Shown here: positions 35,116 through 45,171 of the stretch, piece after piece | Position numbering within the stretch: the first letter of the stretch is position 1 | Layout: each line of letters opens with the position of its first letter | Sequence record: PP438435.1 | DNA length: 64,000 nucleotides | Strand: one strand, 5' to 3' | Notes under the pieces: model-generated | Seen by the model: only the letters and a program-made list of their open reading frames with translations | The model's database searches: none | What the model was told of the DNA's origin: nothing | Made by a program: the position numbers and the translations under genes

Positions 35116-37680
35116 ATGGCAAACCGGCCCAAGGGTGTACGTCAGCGCGACGAAGCGCTGCTTCGCAACGTCCGGCGAGATCCCCGACGCTTCTCGCAGC
35201 AGATTGCTGACATCTGGCGCACGCCGGAGGGCGCCGCGATCACGCTCTTTCTGGTCGCAGCCCTGCTCTTCCTCCAGCCGGCTGCGGTCTATCTGCTGCC
35301 GCTGTTCCTGCTGTTCCTGCTTCCGCTGCACTTCAGCGAACGCAGGCACCGCCACTTGCCGATGCGATTGCCGATCGAAGCCGGGATCGTTGACTACAAC
35401 GATCCAAAGCCGCAGCACGCGGGCTTTGCCAAGGCGCGCGGCATGGTGCTCATCGGCAACAGCACAGACGACAACGGCGAAGAGCTCTGGAGCTCGCGCT
35501 CGGACGAGCTCACCCACTCGCTCACCATCGGCGCTACCGGCGCGGGCAAGTCCGTCATGCTGGTCGGCAACAGCGCCAACTACCTCGCCTTCGGTGGCGG
35601 CCTGATCTACTCGGATGCGAAGGCGTCGCCGAGTCTCTATTGGGACATCGCCACCATCGCGTTCCGCATGGGGCGCGAAGACGACCTGCAGACCATCAAC
35701 TACATGACCGGCAACCGGACGATCTCCGGCATCAGTGCCTCCCGGTCGTCGAACACGACCAACCCCTTCGTCGGCGGGAGCGCCGACAGCTGGATCCAGA
35801 CGCTGTCCTCGCTGATCAAAGAGCCCGACGGCCAGAACGCTGTGTTCGGCGAGCGGGCGCTCGCCATGGTCTCCGCGCTGCTCTACGGCATGCACGCGCT
35901 CAATTCCGAAGGCCATTGCGACATCGGAGTCGGCACCATCCGCGATCACCTGCCCATCGAAGCCTTCGAGCAGCTCGCCTACGACCCTCGCATCGAAGGA
36001 CGGCCGTCGGCGGTTCTCGCCATGCGCAGCTACCTGAAGTCACTGCCGGGGTATAAGCCCCCGGCGGAGCGGATCAAGAAAGACCGCAGCGGCGTTGTCA
36101 TCACAGGCCCAGACGGCAAGCCAGTCCTCGAAGGCCATGCCGAACAGGTCTACAACCAACATGGCTTCGCGCAGATGTACTTCACGCGCGCAATGTCATC
36201 GCTCACCGATACCTACGGCCACATCTACGCGGGCAATCTCCCAGAGGTCGACTACGTCGATACCGTGCGCCGCCGGCGCATCCTCGTGATCATGCTGCCG
36301 GCGCTTGAGAAGTCCCTCGCCGAGATCTCGAACCTCGGCAAGATCAACCTCGCAGCGCTGCGCGACGCGGTGAGCACAGGCCTCGGCAGCGGACTGGAAG
36401 GCCACAAAGCGGGTGTGCTGGACAATCTGCCCACCGACAGTCCGATCGCTACGCGAATCATCCTCGACGAAGCGGGCTACCAGATGGTGGAAGGCTTCGC
36501 CATCCTCGCAGCCCAGGCCCGCGGTCTGGGCTTCTCCGTCGAATGGGCCGGACAGGACTGGGCTGGCATCAAGCGCGGCTCCGAGAAAGAAGCGGAGCAA
36601 ATCTGGTCGAACACGACCATGAAGCGCTTCGGCAGGCTGGAGGATGCAGAGACCTTCCAGAAGCTGCAGACGCAGACGGGCGAAGCGCTGATCGCCCAGG
36701 CCCGAGGCTACGCCTACGATGCCGATGGCATCTCGAGCTACAGGGACACTGGCGATGTCGGCTTGGAGAAGCGTCAGCGTGTGGATTTCAACGACCTCCA
36801 GCAGCAGGTCGAGGGTGAGTTCCACATCGCCTGGCGCGGCCGCTTGATCCGTGGTGTGGCGTTTGCGGCACTGCTGCCATCGATCAAGACCCTGCAGATC
36901 AACCGCTACCTGCGCGTCGGTGAGCGCAATCTCAAGCTGTTGGATGACACCCCACCGTCAGACGCAGCATCCGACCGCGGCGGCAAGAGCGGTGGCGGCA
37001 TGGCGGCGACCCCCACCCGCCCCGCTGCCGGTGCAATGCCGGCCCGGTCCACACCGCCAACCGATGAGGGCTCTGGCGACGCCCCGACGGAACCACGCGC
37101 CCCAATGCGCCCGCGGCCCGGCCGTACTTCACAGGCTGCTGCTGCGGCCGCGCTTACGCCGCGCCTCGACACGCCGCCCGCAGCCCGTCCCGACACCGCT
37201 TCTGCTACCGCACGCACCGGTGAGCGCATCGACGACCTGGAAGCACTGCTGGCCATGGACGCCAACGCGGACTTCAGCGGCGACTCGGCGCCTGGCGATC
37301 GCCTTGCCGGCAATGCGCCCGGCGCGGCGTCCGACCACGGACTGGACGACCTGCTGGGTCTCCCGAGCTGGAGCACGGCCCCCACCACGCCGGCGGACGT
37401 CCTCGAATCGGACAGTGGCGCACCGGCAGAGCTCCAGATCGAGGACATGCCCGACGTGATCGATCTGCGCACCCTGCTCGGCGAAGGCAGCGCTGGCGAG
37501 GCGTTGGTCCACGACCACGTCCAAGCGGCCCTCGACAGCTACCCCGATCGCGAGACCCTGGCTGCCGCCAACGAGCTCGACCCGAACGAGATCGTGGCCG
37601 ACCTCGAGGCCGCGATGAAATATCTGCTCGACGGCGATCCGCCCCACGACGACGAGTCCATCGGAGGACCCTTCGGATGA
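35116..37680 (+). CDS. dotL: Type IV coupling protein DotL/IcmO/TrbC
   Basis: N-terminal TM, HSLTIGATGAGKS, YSDAKA, ILDEAGY, LPALEKS, QARGLGF; long C-terminal extension. Confidence 0.92.
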   Translation: MANRPKGVRQRDEALLRNVRRDPRRFSQQIADIWRTPEGAAITLFLVAALLFLQPAAVYLLPLFLLFLLPLHFSERRHRHLPMRLPIEAGIVDYNDPKPQHAGFAKARGMVLIGNSTDDNGEELWSSRSDELTHSLTIGATGAGKSVMLVGNSANYLAFGGGLIYSDAKASPSLYWDIATIAFRMGREDDLQTINYMTGNRTISGISASRSSNTTNPFVGGSADSWIQTLSSLIKEPDGQNAVFGERALAMVSALLYGMHALNSEGHCDIGVGTIRDHLPIEAFEQLAYDPRIEGRPSAVLAMRSYLKSLPGYKPPAERIKKDRSGVVITGPDGKPVLEGHAEQVYNQHGFAQMYFTRAMSSLTDTYGHIYAGNLPEVDYVDTVRRRRILVIMLPALEKSLAEISNLGKINLAALRDAVSTGLGSGLEGHKAGVLDNLPTDSPIATRIILDEAGYQMVEGFAILAAQARGLGFSVEWAGQDWAGIKRGSEKEAEQIWSNTTMKRFGRLEDAETFQKLQTQTGEALIAQARGYAYDADGISSYRDTGDVGLEKRQRVDFNDLQQQVEGEFHIAWRGRLIRGVAFAALLPSIKTLQINRYLRVGERNLKLLDDTPPSDAASDRGGKSGGGMAATPTRPAAGAMPARSTPPTDEGSGDAPTEPRAPMRPRPGRTSQAAAAAALTPRLDTPPAARPDTASATARTGERIDDLEALLAMDANADFSGDSAPGDRLAGNAPGAASDHGLDDLLGLPSWSTAPTTPADVLESDSGAPAELQIEDMPDVIDLRTLLGEGSAGEALVHDHVQAALDSYPDRETLAAANELDPNEIVADLEAAMKYLLDGDPPHDDESIGGPFG

Positions 37681-38240
37681 ACAACGTTCGCTTTCTCTGC
37701 ACGCTGCTGGCGCTCAGCGCACTGGCCCCAGCACTCGCGGCCGCGACCGCGACGGCGCCCAAACGCCTTGCCGGCCTCGACAACCCAGAGCACATCCAGT
37801 GCGCGCGGACGGCAGCACGCACCTTCCGCGTGCCGTTCGCGGCCGTACTGATCCTGCTCGATGTCGAACGCGGCTGGGCCGGCGCCGAGCAGCCGAACCG
37901 GAATGATGACGGCGAAGTTGTGAGCTACGACTTGGGCCCGATGCAGATCAACGACCGGGCCTGGCTCAGCACGTTCGAGTCCGCCGGCATCACCCGTGAT
38001 CAGCTGAGGGACGACGCCTGCATCAACATCCACGCCGGCGTCTGGATCTTCGGCCGCCACCTGCATGACATCCGAGCAGAGCACGCCGCGCTCGCCCCGG
38101 AGGAGCGCGCCACGCGCAACCCTGCTGAGGTGGAAGCGGTGCTTCGTTACCACTCACGCACGCCCAAGTACCAAGAGCGCTACCTGGAGCATGTGCGCAA
38201 AGCCGTCGACCGCGGCCTGCGCGCAGTAGCGCAGCAGTGA
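37677..38240 (+). CDS. Lytic transglycosylase (SLT family)
   Basis: ILLDVERG (catalytic Glu), LGPMQIN, CINIHAG, YHS; signal peptide. Confidence 0.88.
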   Translation: MNNVRFLCTLLALSALAPALAAATATAPKRLAGLDNPEHIQCARTAARTFRVPFAAVLILLDVERGWAGAEQPNRNDDGEVVSYDLGPMQINDRAWLSTFESAGITRDQLRDDACINIHAGVWIFGRHLHDIRAEHAALAPEERATRNPAEVEAVLRYHSRTPKYQERYLEHVRKAVDRGLRAVAQQ

Positions 38241-38275
38241 TCGACCCGCCCACCCCCATCGACAAGGACCGTCCC

Positions 38276-39358
38276 ATGCCTCTTCGACGCACCTACTCAC
38301 TGGCGCCGCTGTGTGCGACCCTGGCGCTCGCTTGGGGCGCCCCTGCGGGCGCCCAGAGCGCAACGCTGCGCTTCGCCAACAGCTCGCATCCCGACATCCC
38401 GCTGCTCAGCAGCGCGGATCTCGTGCTGCGCAGCAGCGGCAACTACGAAGGCCGCTGCGTGCTGGCCAGCGGCACCACGCGCTGCCAGGGCACCACAGGT
38501 GGAGGGTCGACCGGCCCGCTGCCGACCGCTAGCCTCAGCGCGCCGAGTAGCGCGACGACCGGCACAGCGATCAACATCACCCGCTCCACCGGCAATAGCC
38601 CCGAGCTCTGTGTCGCCTCCAGCTCGCCCGCCTCTGGCGTGAGTGGCTGGAGCGGCGCCGTCGGCCCGGGTGCCGGCACCACCCCCGTCACCTTCAACAG
38701 CACCGGCACCGGCACCTACAGCCTCAGCATGCGCTGCTACAACGCCAACGGTGGCACCACCAGCAACAGCCTCAGCATCACCGTCACCCAAGGTGGCGGC
38801 ACGCCCGGAAACTGCTCGATCAGTCATCCGCAGATCAGGCCGCAGGGCCTGGTCGAGTATGCGATGACCTGGAACCAGGTCTTCGAGCGCGCCTACCCCA
38901 ACGCTCCGGGGTATCTCATCCCGCTGGGCAGCTTCACACCCGAGCGATCCATGAATGGGCCGCTCTCCGCGAAGATGTACCTTTCGATCTCGTTCGTGGC
39001 CCAGGCCGGCGTGCGGGGCAACATCGCGTTTGCAGGATCCCAACCTATTGCCGCCGTGGGATACACCGAGTACCGCCCCGGTGATGCGTTCGTAACCATC
39101 TCCCCGTGCGCAGGCGACTTCCGGCCGCCCGATCTTCAGTCCTCGGATATGTTCGTGCGGAACTGCCGCAGAACAGTTGAAGAAGGCACCCTGTTCTTCG
39201 GGAACTCGCCAACGCCCAGCTCGTCGTACTGCCAGCTAACGCCCGGCCAGACCTACTACCTCAACGTCGTCATGGCGCCGCCGGGATCCGTCAACGGCTT
39301 CACCAACAGTTGTCGCAACGGCATACCGCGCTGCGAGGTCAACGCGCAGCCGCGCTGA
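38276..39358 (+). CDS. Exported Cys-rich protein with Ig-like Ser/Thr/Gly-rich domain
   Basis: Signal peptide; ASLSAPS...WSG...YSLSMRCYN...SLSITV; paired cysteines. Confidence 0.7.
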   Translation: MPLRRTYSLAPLCATLALAWGAPAGAQSATLRFANSSHPDIPLLSSADLVLRSSGNYEGRCVLASGTTRCQGTTGGGSTGPLPTASLSAPSSATTGTAINITRSTGNSPELCVASSSPASGVSGWSGAVGPGAGTTPVTFNSTGTGTYSLSMRCYNANGGTTSNSLSITVTQGGGTPGNCSISHPQIRPQGLVEYAMTWNQVFERAYPNAPGYLIPLGSFTPERSMNGPLSAKMYLSISFVAQAGVRGNIAFAGSQPIAAVGYTEYRPGDAFVTISPCAGDFRPPDLQSSDMFVRNCRRTVEEGTLFFGNSPTPSSSYCQLTPGQTYYLNVVMAPPGSVNGFTNSCRNGIPRCEVNAQPR

Positions 39359-39370
39359 TGGCACGAATCG

Positions 39371-39413
39371 AACCCAAAGAAAAAGCCCGCAAAGCGGGCT
39401 TTTTCTTTGGGTT
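39371..39413. terminator. Bidirectional intrinsic terminator
   Basis: 20-bp perfect inverted repeat with A and T tracts, loop AAA. Confidence 0.88.
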
Positions 39414-39457
39414 TTGCAACCGCTACACGCTACGAGCGCCGCCGGCAGGAAGGCCGC

Positions 39458-39760
39458 TCAGAAATCAATCAGCTCGCGCGTCGGGTTGGGCCAGTTGTCG
39501 TACAGATCCTTGAAGACCTGGTCAACCCACTGCTCGTCCTTCGCCGCCACAGCGCCCACATACCCATTGTTGGCGCACCACGTTTCGAGCCGGAAAGCGA
39601 GCGATGTCGTGTCCTGGCCACCCACGACCTCGGACAGATACGCGATACCTGCCTTTGTTACGCGAAGTTGCCAGTTCTGCGTGTCTTCGACGGACGCCAG
39701 AAGCTCCGCGACGCTCTCGCGCGTGAAGTCCTTCGGATCATTGAGATCAATCTTCTTCAT
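39458..39760 (-). CDS. Conserved small hypothetical protein
   Basis: GAGG RBS, globular composition, visibly lower GC. Confidence 0.7.
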   Translation of the reverse strand: MKKIDLNDPKDFTRESVAELLASVEDTQNWQLRVTKAGIAYLSEVVGGQDTTSLAFRLETWCANNGYVGAVAAKDEQWVDQVFKDLYDNWPNPTRELIDF

Positions 39761-39953
39761 CGCCTCGTCCTGTTATGGGATCGAATCACGTTGGCCCTGA
39801 TGCTACACGAGGCGCCTCTCCTGCCAGCCGTGCAAGCGTCCACTGAAGCGCCAGAATCGACCTCGCCGACGCACGAGACGACGCCCGCGCTTCGATTGGC
39901 GGTGTCGACAAAACAGAAATAGGACAAGCGCGTGTGCCCCTACTGAAGCCTGA

Positions 39954-40220
39954 TTATGGCCGCTGCTGAAGCTGGCGCGCCTCGTCCACGATCGCCCTGA
40001 ACTGCCGCGGATCCGCTTGGGCCAGGGCGAGATGCGCTTTGATGCTGCGCTCCACGTACAAGGGCATGACGCGAGCCCCGGTGGCGTACCCCTTCCAAGA
40101 CGCCTCCGCGACTCCGATGTAGCGCGCAGACGCATACAAACCCACTCCGCAAGCAGCCGCAAACGCCTCGATCAAATCGCGCGCTTCGCTGGCCTGCTGC
40201 GGAGTGGGTTCCTTGAACAC
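39954..40220 (-). CDS. Small HTH (XRE-like) protein
   Basis: ASARYIGVAEASWKGYATGAR.MP. Confidence 0.55.
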   Translation of the reverse strand: MFKEPTPQQASEARDLIEAFAAACGVGLYASARYIGVAEASWKGYATGARVMPLYVERSIKAHLALAQADPRQFRAIVDEARQLQQRP

Positions 40221-40229
40221 TTCGGGCGC

Positions 40230-41294
40230 TCACTGCATCGCAGTGGCGCTGAGCACCTGCTCGACAATCGCGGTGTCGTGATTCATCGCATGATAGGCCG
40301 CATACCCATTCGCACCTGCGGCAACCCAGCGGCCAGTGATCGTGCTGCGGAACATCTGATACCCCTCGATCTGCGCCACTGCGTTGCGGATCGGTGACAG
40401 CGGCAGCCCGAACGTCTGAGGACCCAGGCGAACCGATATGGCGACATCCCATTCTGCGGCCGCGGGCGGCACCGCAATGCGCTCGGGAGTCTGCACGAAC
40501 GACTGCGTCGCCGCGTCCGCATAGCTGACCCCCGAACACCGCTGATTCACTGCCAACCAGCGCGCGTCCGGGTGCGGCAAGCTCTGATCGGGCACCCCGC
40601 TCTCCTTCTGCCAGATGTTGGCCAGTGCGGGGTTCTCCACCGGCCGATGCTCGAACTCGCAAAAGAGCGGAGGCAGGCTTCCGTAGGTGGCGATGCGGCC
40701 GCGCGACCGCCGCTGCAGGCGCTCGTACAGCGAGTCGCCCACAACAACAGAACCAGCGCGAATCGTAGCCGCAGCCGCACCATTCATCCTGACAGCCATC
40801 TGGGAAGGCGAGCGAATCTCCAATGTCACCGACCGGTACTGGCTGTCGCTCACCGTGGGGCGCTGGTACGTACACGTGGGGCAGGAGCCACCGGCACCCT
40901 CGAAGAGCGGCGCGGTCCACGTCGCCAGCGGACGCCCGTTGAACAACTGCACAGGAATGATCGGGAGCCCCGGGTAAGGCTCACCGCCGGTGACGATCCA
41001 CGCAGGACGACCGCCCGCGTCATAACCGAAATACGCTGCAGTCATCAAGCGCGTCGACGGATTCAGAGACAGGTCGCTGAAGTACCAGCCACTACCGCTC
41101 TGTGCGGGGCTGTACCAGGCGCCGTCGCCCAGCAGCTCGATCTGCACGATGTCGCGGACCTTCGCCACCGACAGCGCACGGATGCTGGAATTGGGTGCAG
41201 ACGCGTCCTGCGCCTGAGCGCCCCAGGGGGTGAGGCTCGCAGCGACCATGAACGCAAGGCAGCTGTTACGGATGATCTGACGGGCGTAAGACAT
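40230..41294 (-). CDS. Exported protein with G.WY.P..SG.G beta-domain
   Basis: Signal peptide; DGAWYSPAQSGSGWYF, YFGYDAGGRPAWI; GGAGG RBS. Confidence 0.7.
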   Translation of the reverse strand: MSYARQIIRNSCLAFMVAASLTPWGAQAQDASAPNSSIRALSVAKVRDIVQIELLGDGAWYSPAQSGSGWYFSDLSLNPSTRLMTAAYFGYDAGGRPAWIVTGGEPYPGLPIIPVQLFNGRPLATWTAPLFEGAGGSCPTCTYQRPTVSDSQYRSVTLEIRSPSQMAVRMNGAAAATIRAGSVVVGDSLYERLQRRSRGRIATYGSLPPLFCEFEHRPVENPALANIWQKESGVPDQSLPHPDARWLAVNQRCSGVSYADAATQSFVQTPERIAVPPAAAEWDVAISVRLGPQTFGLPLSPIRNAVAQIEGYQMFRSTITGRWVAAGANGYAAYHAMNHDTAIVEQVLSATAMQ

Positions 41295-41372
41295 ACAACC
41301 TCCGATGCAGCGCGGGGGATCCGGGCTTGGGTGCAAAGGTATCTTTTAGATCCTTAACGCGCTGTGAACCCA

Positions 41373-42635
41373 TCACATGCAGTAAAACGTGTGGGCCCGC
41401 TGCCCAACCGGCAGCCCCTGCAGGGGCTGTAGCGTCGTCCATGCGTTATAGGGCACGGGCGTGGTCTGCTGCACACGGAACAGTCCTGGCGGCTTGCGCA
41501 TCTCCCTGAACCAATAGCACGACTGGGTTTGACTGTTGAAGCGCCCCTCCACCCACTCCGTCTGACACGTCTCCGAATGCACCGTGGATGAGTTGATCAC
41601 GATGTTCTGCCCATCCGTACGTTTCTGCACTTGCTGGGGAAAGAAGTTGGATGCGGCGTGTCCGTTCTGCCGATCGCACTGCCAGTCCATGAGATCGTAG
41701 TTGCCCATCTCATAGTTCGTGAAAGGAACATACGAAAGCGCTACGCCCTCGACCCCTGTGGAGATGACGCCAATGTCCGTGGCGCAGATGGGGATGGGAA
41801 CCTTGAGAGAAGGCACATCCAGGCCGAAATCATGGCCAAGGTAGTGCGTGATGTCTGGCGTCGTGTTGCACTGAGAGCGACCCAGGGGATTCGGGCCCAT
41901 GCCACACACCAAGCCAGTGCCACTGACGATGCCGCAGCTCCTGTTGGTGCCTCCGCCCCCGGGGCCTGGTCCACTGCTCCCGGGCCGGACGTACTCGGGC
42001 CACCCCACGAGCTCCACGGCGACGGGCATCGTGGGCGCCACATTGCCGAAGTACACGTTCAGCACCTGCGTAAAGGCGCCGGCCACACCGCGAACGGTCA
42101 TCGTGGAGGCCTGAACATAGCCAGCAAAGCCCTTCGTGGACTTCAGGATCTCATCCGCTACGCGAGCCTTGTAGCCTTGCAAGCTCGTTGCATTCACCTG
42201 ATAGCCGGCACGCCGCACCAGCGCATCAGTCGGTGCGCGGCCGAAGTCCGCGACGACCAACCGCGCAACATTCGTGGCATCTTTGATCGCGAACGCGCGA
42301 TAGGTCTCTCCGATCGGCGAAGCACCCGCAGTGCCACCGCGCACCGCGAAGGTGTTGGGCAGATGCCCCGCCGTGACCAGCTGCGCCGTGGTGATCTCCT
42401 GGCGGGCCCCGACGGTCCACGACGCCTTGTTCGCTTCCGCGAACTTCTGCGCCGCCTCACCGAAGATCGCCATCTCGCGCGCCTGCAGCGTCACGTAAGT
42501 GTTGGCCGCTTCGTTCGCTTGCCGCTGCCGCACCTGCGAGAACGTGATCGCGGCCACAACACCGGCGATCACAAGGACGACCAGCATCTCCAGCAGGGTA
42601 AAGCCCCGCGACGTATTCCAATTGCGTCCGTTCAT
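41373..42635 (-). CDS. pilV: PilV-like type IV pilus tip adhesin
   Basis: Prepilin motif RG/FTLLEML, shufflon-N-like constant region, Cys-rich C-terminus. Confidence 0.75.
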   Translation of the reverse strand: MNGRNWNTSRGFTLLEMLVVLVIAGVVAAITFSQVRQRQANEAANTYVTLQAREMAIFGEAAQKFAEANKASWTVGARQEITTAQLVTAGHLPNTFAVRGGTAGASPIGETYRAFAIKDATNVARLVVADFGRAPTDALVRRAGYQVNATSLQGYKARVADEILKSTKGFAGYVQASTMTVRGVAGAFTQVLNVYFGNVAPTMPVAVELVGWPEYVRPGSSGPGPGGGGTNRSCGIVSGTGLVCGMGPNPLGRSQCNTTPDITHYLGHDFGLDVPSLKVPIPICATDIGVISTGVEGVALSYVPFTNYEMGNYDLMDWQCDRQNGHAASNFFPQQVQKRTDGQNIVINSSTVHSETCQTEWVEGRFNSQTQSCYWFREMRKPPGLFRVQQTTPVPYNAWTTLQPLQGLPVGQRAHTFYCM

Positions 42636-42660
42636 GGTTCTCTCCAGAGTTGCCCGGCGC

Positions 42661-43911
42661 TCACTGCACCTTGTCTTTCGCCGCGTCCTTCTCATTCGGC
42701 GACAGCTCGTTGAGGAAGGTGTCGACATCCCTCTGTGCTTTCGCCGCCTGCTCGATCTTCCGCTGCTGCTCATTGATGGCGCCGGTGAGCTGCTCGAAAT
42801 TGCCGGAGCGGATGATGCTCGCAACGCTGCTGTAGCCGCCTCGCGAAAACAGCATCTCGCCCTCAGCGACTCGCTTGCCGCCAACGCGCACCAGCCTCTG
42901 ATTGGCAACTACGCGGATCGCACCGCTGACCATCTCGCGCGCCACCTCCGACCCGAAAACCTGCCCCGCCCAGCCGCACAGACGACGGATCGTCGTTTCG
43001 ATGTCGATCGCGTGCATCGTCGTGATCACGAGGTGACCGACCGACGCGTTGATGACCTCCGCGGCGGTCTCCTGATCCCGGATCTCACCGACCATCAGAA
43101 TCGAAGGCACGCCCGTGGGGTAAGCGCGCATCTGTGCGCGCAACGGCAGCAGGAACTGCTGATCACGCGGCAGCGACTCGTCCACGGGGATCTGGAAGCA
43201 CACGCCCCGGTTCCAGCTGTTCTGCAGGGGGAACTCGAGCGGCGCTTCGATCGTACGAGCCACGCCACCAAAGCGCTCCAGGCGCTCGCGGATCATGCCG
43301 GCAATCGTCGTGCTCTTGCCCGACCCAGGCTTGGCCGCAAGGATGACCAGGCCACCCTCGACGCCCAAGGTGCGAGAGAGCAGGATGTCTTTCCACATCA
43401 GCGGCAGCGTCAGATCGGACAGCCGCGGCACCTGGGTCGACACACGACGCAGGCAGAGCTGTTTGCGAGTTGCCGTCAGGTCGCGGTGCACACGATAGAC
43501 GTAGTGCCGACCCTCGAACTCGAAGTCGACATTGAAGTCGTGGTGCTTGCGCGCTTCCTCCATTGAGCCATCGGTACGAATGAACTTGCGCAACTGAAAC
43601 ACGAAGTCCTCGAGGCCGCTTCCCGCCACCGGCAGAGCGTAGTCCCTGCCCGCGAACGCCATGGCATGGTCGAGATCTTCCGCGTCATCGGTGTCCCAGA
43701 GGTAGAAGTCGGTGACGCTGTCGATGTTGTCCATGCTGAGCACATCCACGCCCACCGCGGTGACGATTCCTGCCCCCGAGGGCGCCGTCGCCACAGGCGC
43801 GGGCATCGGCGTTGGAACGGCCCCCTGAGCTGCGGGCGTGGGCGCTGCGAACGCAGGCGCCGGGCGCGGAACACCGGGAGCTGGCGTGGGCGTGGGCGTG
43901 GGCGTGCTCAT
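42661..43911 (-). CDS. PilT/PilU-like secretion ATPase
   Basis: AKPGSGKSTT, TIEAPLEF, ILMVGEIRD, GHLVITTMH. Confidence 0.8.
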   Translation of the reverse strand: MSTPTPTPTPAPGVPRPAPAFAAPTPAAQGAVPTPMPAPVATAPSGAGIVTAVGVDVLSMDNIDSVTDFYLWDTDDAEDLDHAMAFAGRDYALPVAGSGLEDFVFQLRKFIRTDGSMEEARKHHDFNVDFEFEGRHYVYRVHRDLTATRKQLCLRRVSTQVPRLSDLTLPLMWKDILLSRTLGVEGGLVILAAKPGSGKSTTIAGMIRERLERFGGVARTIEAPLEFPLQNSWNRGVCFQIPVDESLPRDQQFLLPLRAQMRAYPTGVPSILMVGEIRDQETAAEVINASVGHLVITTMHAIDIETTIRRLCGWAGQVFGSEVAREMVSGAIRVVANQRLVRVGGKRVAEGEMLFSRGGYSSVASIIRSGNFEQLTGAINEQQRKIEQAAKAQRDVDTFLNELSPNEKDAAKDKVQ

Positions 43912-44483
43912 GTGAAAAACACCTCGATCGTCAAAGTCGGTGCCGCAGCGCACCAGGCCAGGATCTGCGTTTGCGCGACGGGGTTCAGCCCCGCATCTCG
44001 CGCGACATTGCTGTTGATCAGGACGCGGTCGAAGCCGCGGATCAATCCGGTGGCTACCGAGGGGCACATGCTCGATGGCACACCCGTCAGCTGGATCCAG
44101 CCCACGTCGAGCGTGAGCGGAGGAGAAGCGCCCCATGGCGATCGCACTCCGGAGACGTTGAAACCCACTCCGGGGACAGGCACCTGGACTGCGCCATTGC
44201 GAAGCCAGCGCGAATCCAGGTGCGAGGCCAGCCATTCGGTGCTGAACTCTGAGTACGATCCCGCCGGGTTGGAGGCGAGCGACGCGGTGGCTGTGGACAC
44301 GCTCGCCATCGCGACGGATCTCGCCGACGACGCGAGATCCACGAGCTGCTGCGCGCGCCGGGCTTCCGTCGAGGCGCTGTAAGCCCAGAGCGCGCCGCCG
44401 GCCACGCCCAGCACCACAAGCACGAGGACAAGCAGCATCTCGATCAAAGAGAAGCCTTGCATGGCGCGCGGGTGCCTCATCAC
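43908..44483 (-). CDS. Minor pilin (PilS-like fold)
   Basis: QG/FSLIEML; GVPSSMCPSV. Confidence 0.8.
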   Translation of the reverse strand: MMRHPRAMQGFSLIEMLLVLVLVVLGVAGGALWAYSASTEARRAQQLVDLASSARSVAMASVSTATASLASNPAGSYSEFSTEWLASHLDSRWLRNGAVQVPVPGVGFNVSGVRSPWGASPPLTLDVGWIQLTGVPSSMCPSVATGLIRGFDRVLINSNVARDAGLNPVAQTQILAWCAAAPTLTIEVFFT

Positions 44484-45139
44484 TTCTTGCCCGTATCCGG
44501 GGGCGGCACCGGATCGATGATGACGGGGTCAATGACTACGGGATCGCCAGGCTTCACTGTGTCATCAGCGCCAGCCGATACGACACCGGGAAAACCATTC
44601 ACCATGGCAATCACCATATCTCGCTCGGCTGCGCCCTGCACGCACCCACGACGCAATGCCGCCGCGGGCGGACTCGGCTGATCGTTGCCCAAGGCCGGCT
44701 GCTTCAGCGCCTCAAGCCCGCCCTTCGAGCCGTCCCAGCCCGCGGAGATTCCATCAACCATAGGCCAGAGGCGCGAAACGATCTCCCCGCACGCCGCAGG
44801 GTCGACGCCGGACAATCGAACCTCGATACCTCCCGCTGCCCGCGCGAGAACCGACGCGCGGCCGCCGCGGAAACCTGTCAGGTTCGACGGATCGTCCTTG
44901 CTGCCCGGAGCGCGGAAGCGCACGTCGAGCGCACCGGTCAACTGATCCACGTTGACGGGCAGCGAGGGATCCAGCTGCTCTGCTGCGCGCTGCACGGCGC
45001 CGACCAGTTCCACCGCGTCAGCGACCGCTGCTTGGCGGCGATACTCGACAAAGCCGAAGCTGACGGCGGCCACGGTCACGGATGCGACCGCAAGCACCAT
45101 CATCGTCTCGAATAGCGTGAATCCCTTCTGCCTGTTCAT
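44480..45139 (-). CDS. Minor pilin
   Basis: KG/FTLFETM; GVDPAACGEI; AAGGG RBS. Confidence 0.8.
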   Translation of the reverse strand: MNRQKGFTLFETMMVLAVASVTVAAVSFGFVEYRRQAAVADAVELVGAVQRAAEQLDPSLPVNVDQLTGALDVRFRAPGSKDDPSNLTGFRGGRASVLARAAGGIEVRLSGVDPAACGEIVSRLWPMVDGISAGWDGSKGGLEALKQPALGNDQPSPPAAALRRGCVQGAAERDMVIAMVNGFPGVVSAGADDTVKPGDPVVIDPVIIDPVPPPDTGKK

Positions 45140-45171
45140 CGTCAGTTCCCTTGCTGGGTTGCGGTCTTGTA

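Noticed and set aside
41373-41900. Shufflon at the pilV 3' end
   Set aside because: No sfx-like repeats, inverted cassettes or Rci recombinase recognised
43881-43906. (GGCGTG)n tandem repeat
   Set aside because: Simply encodes a Thr-Pro linker; in-frame and too short for phase variation
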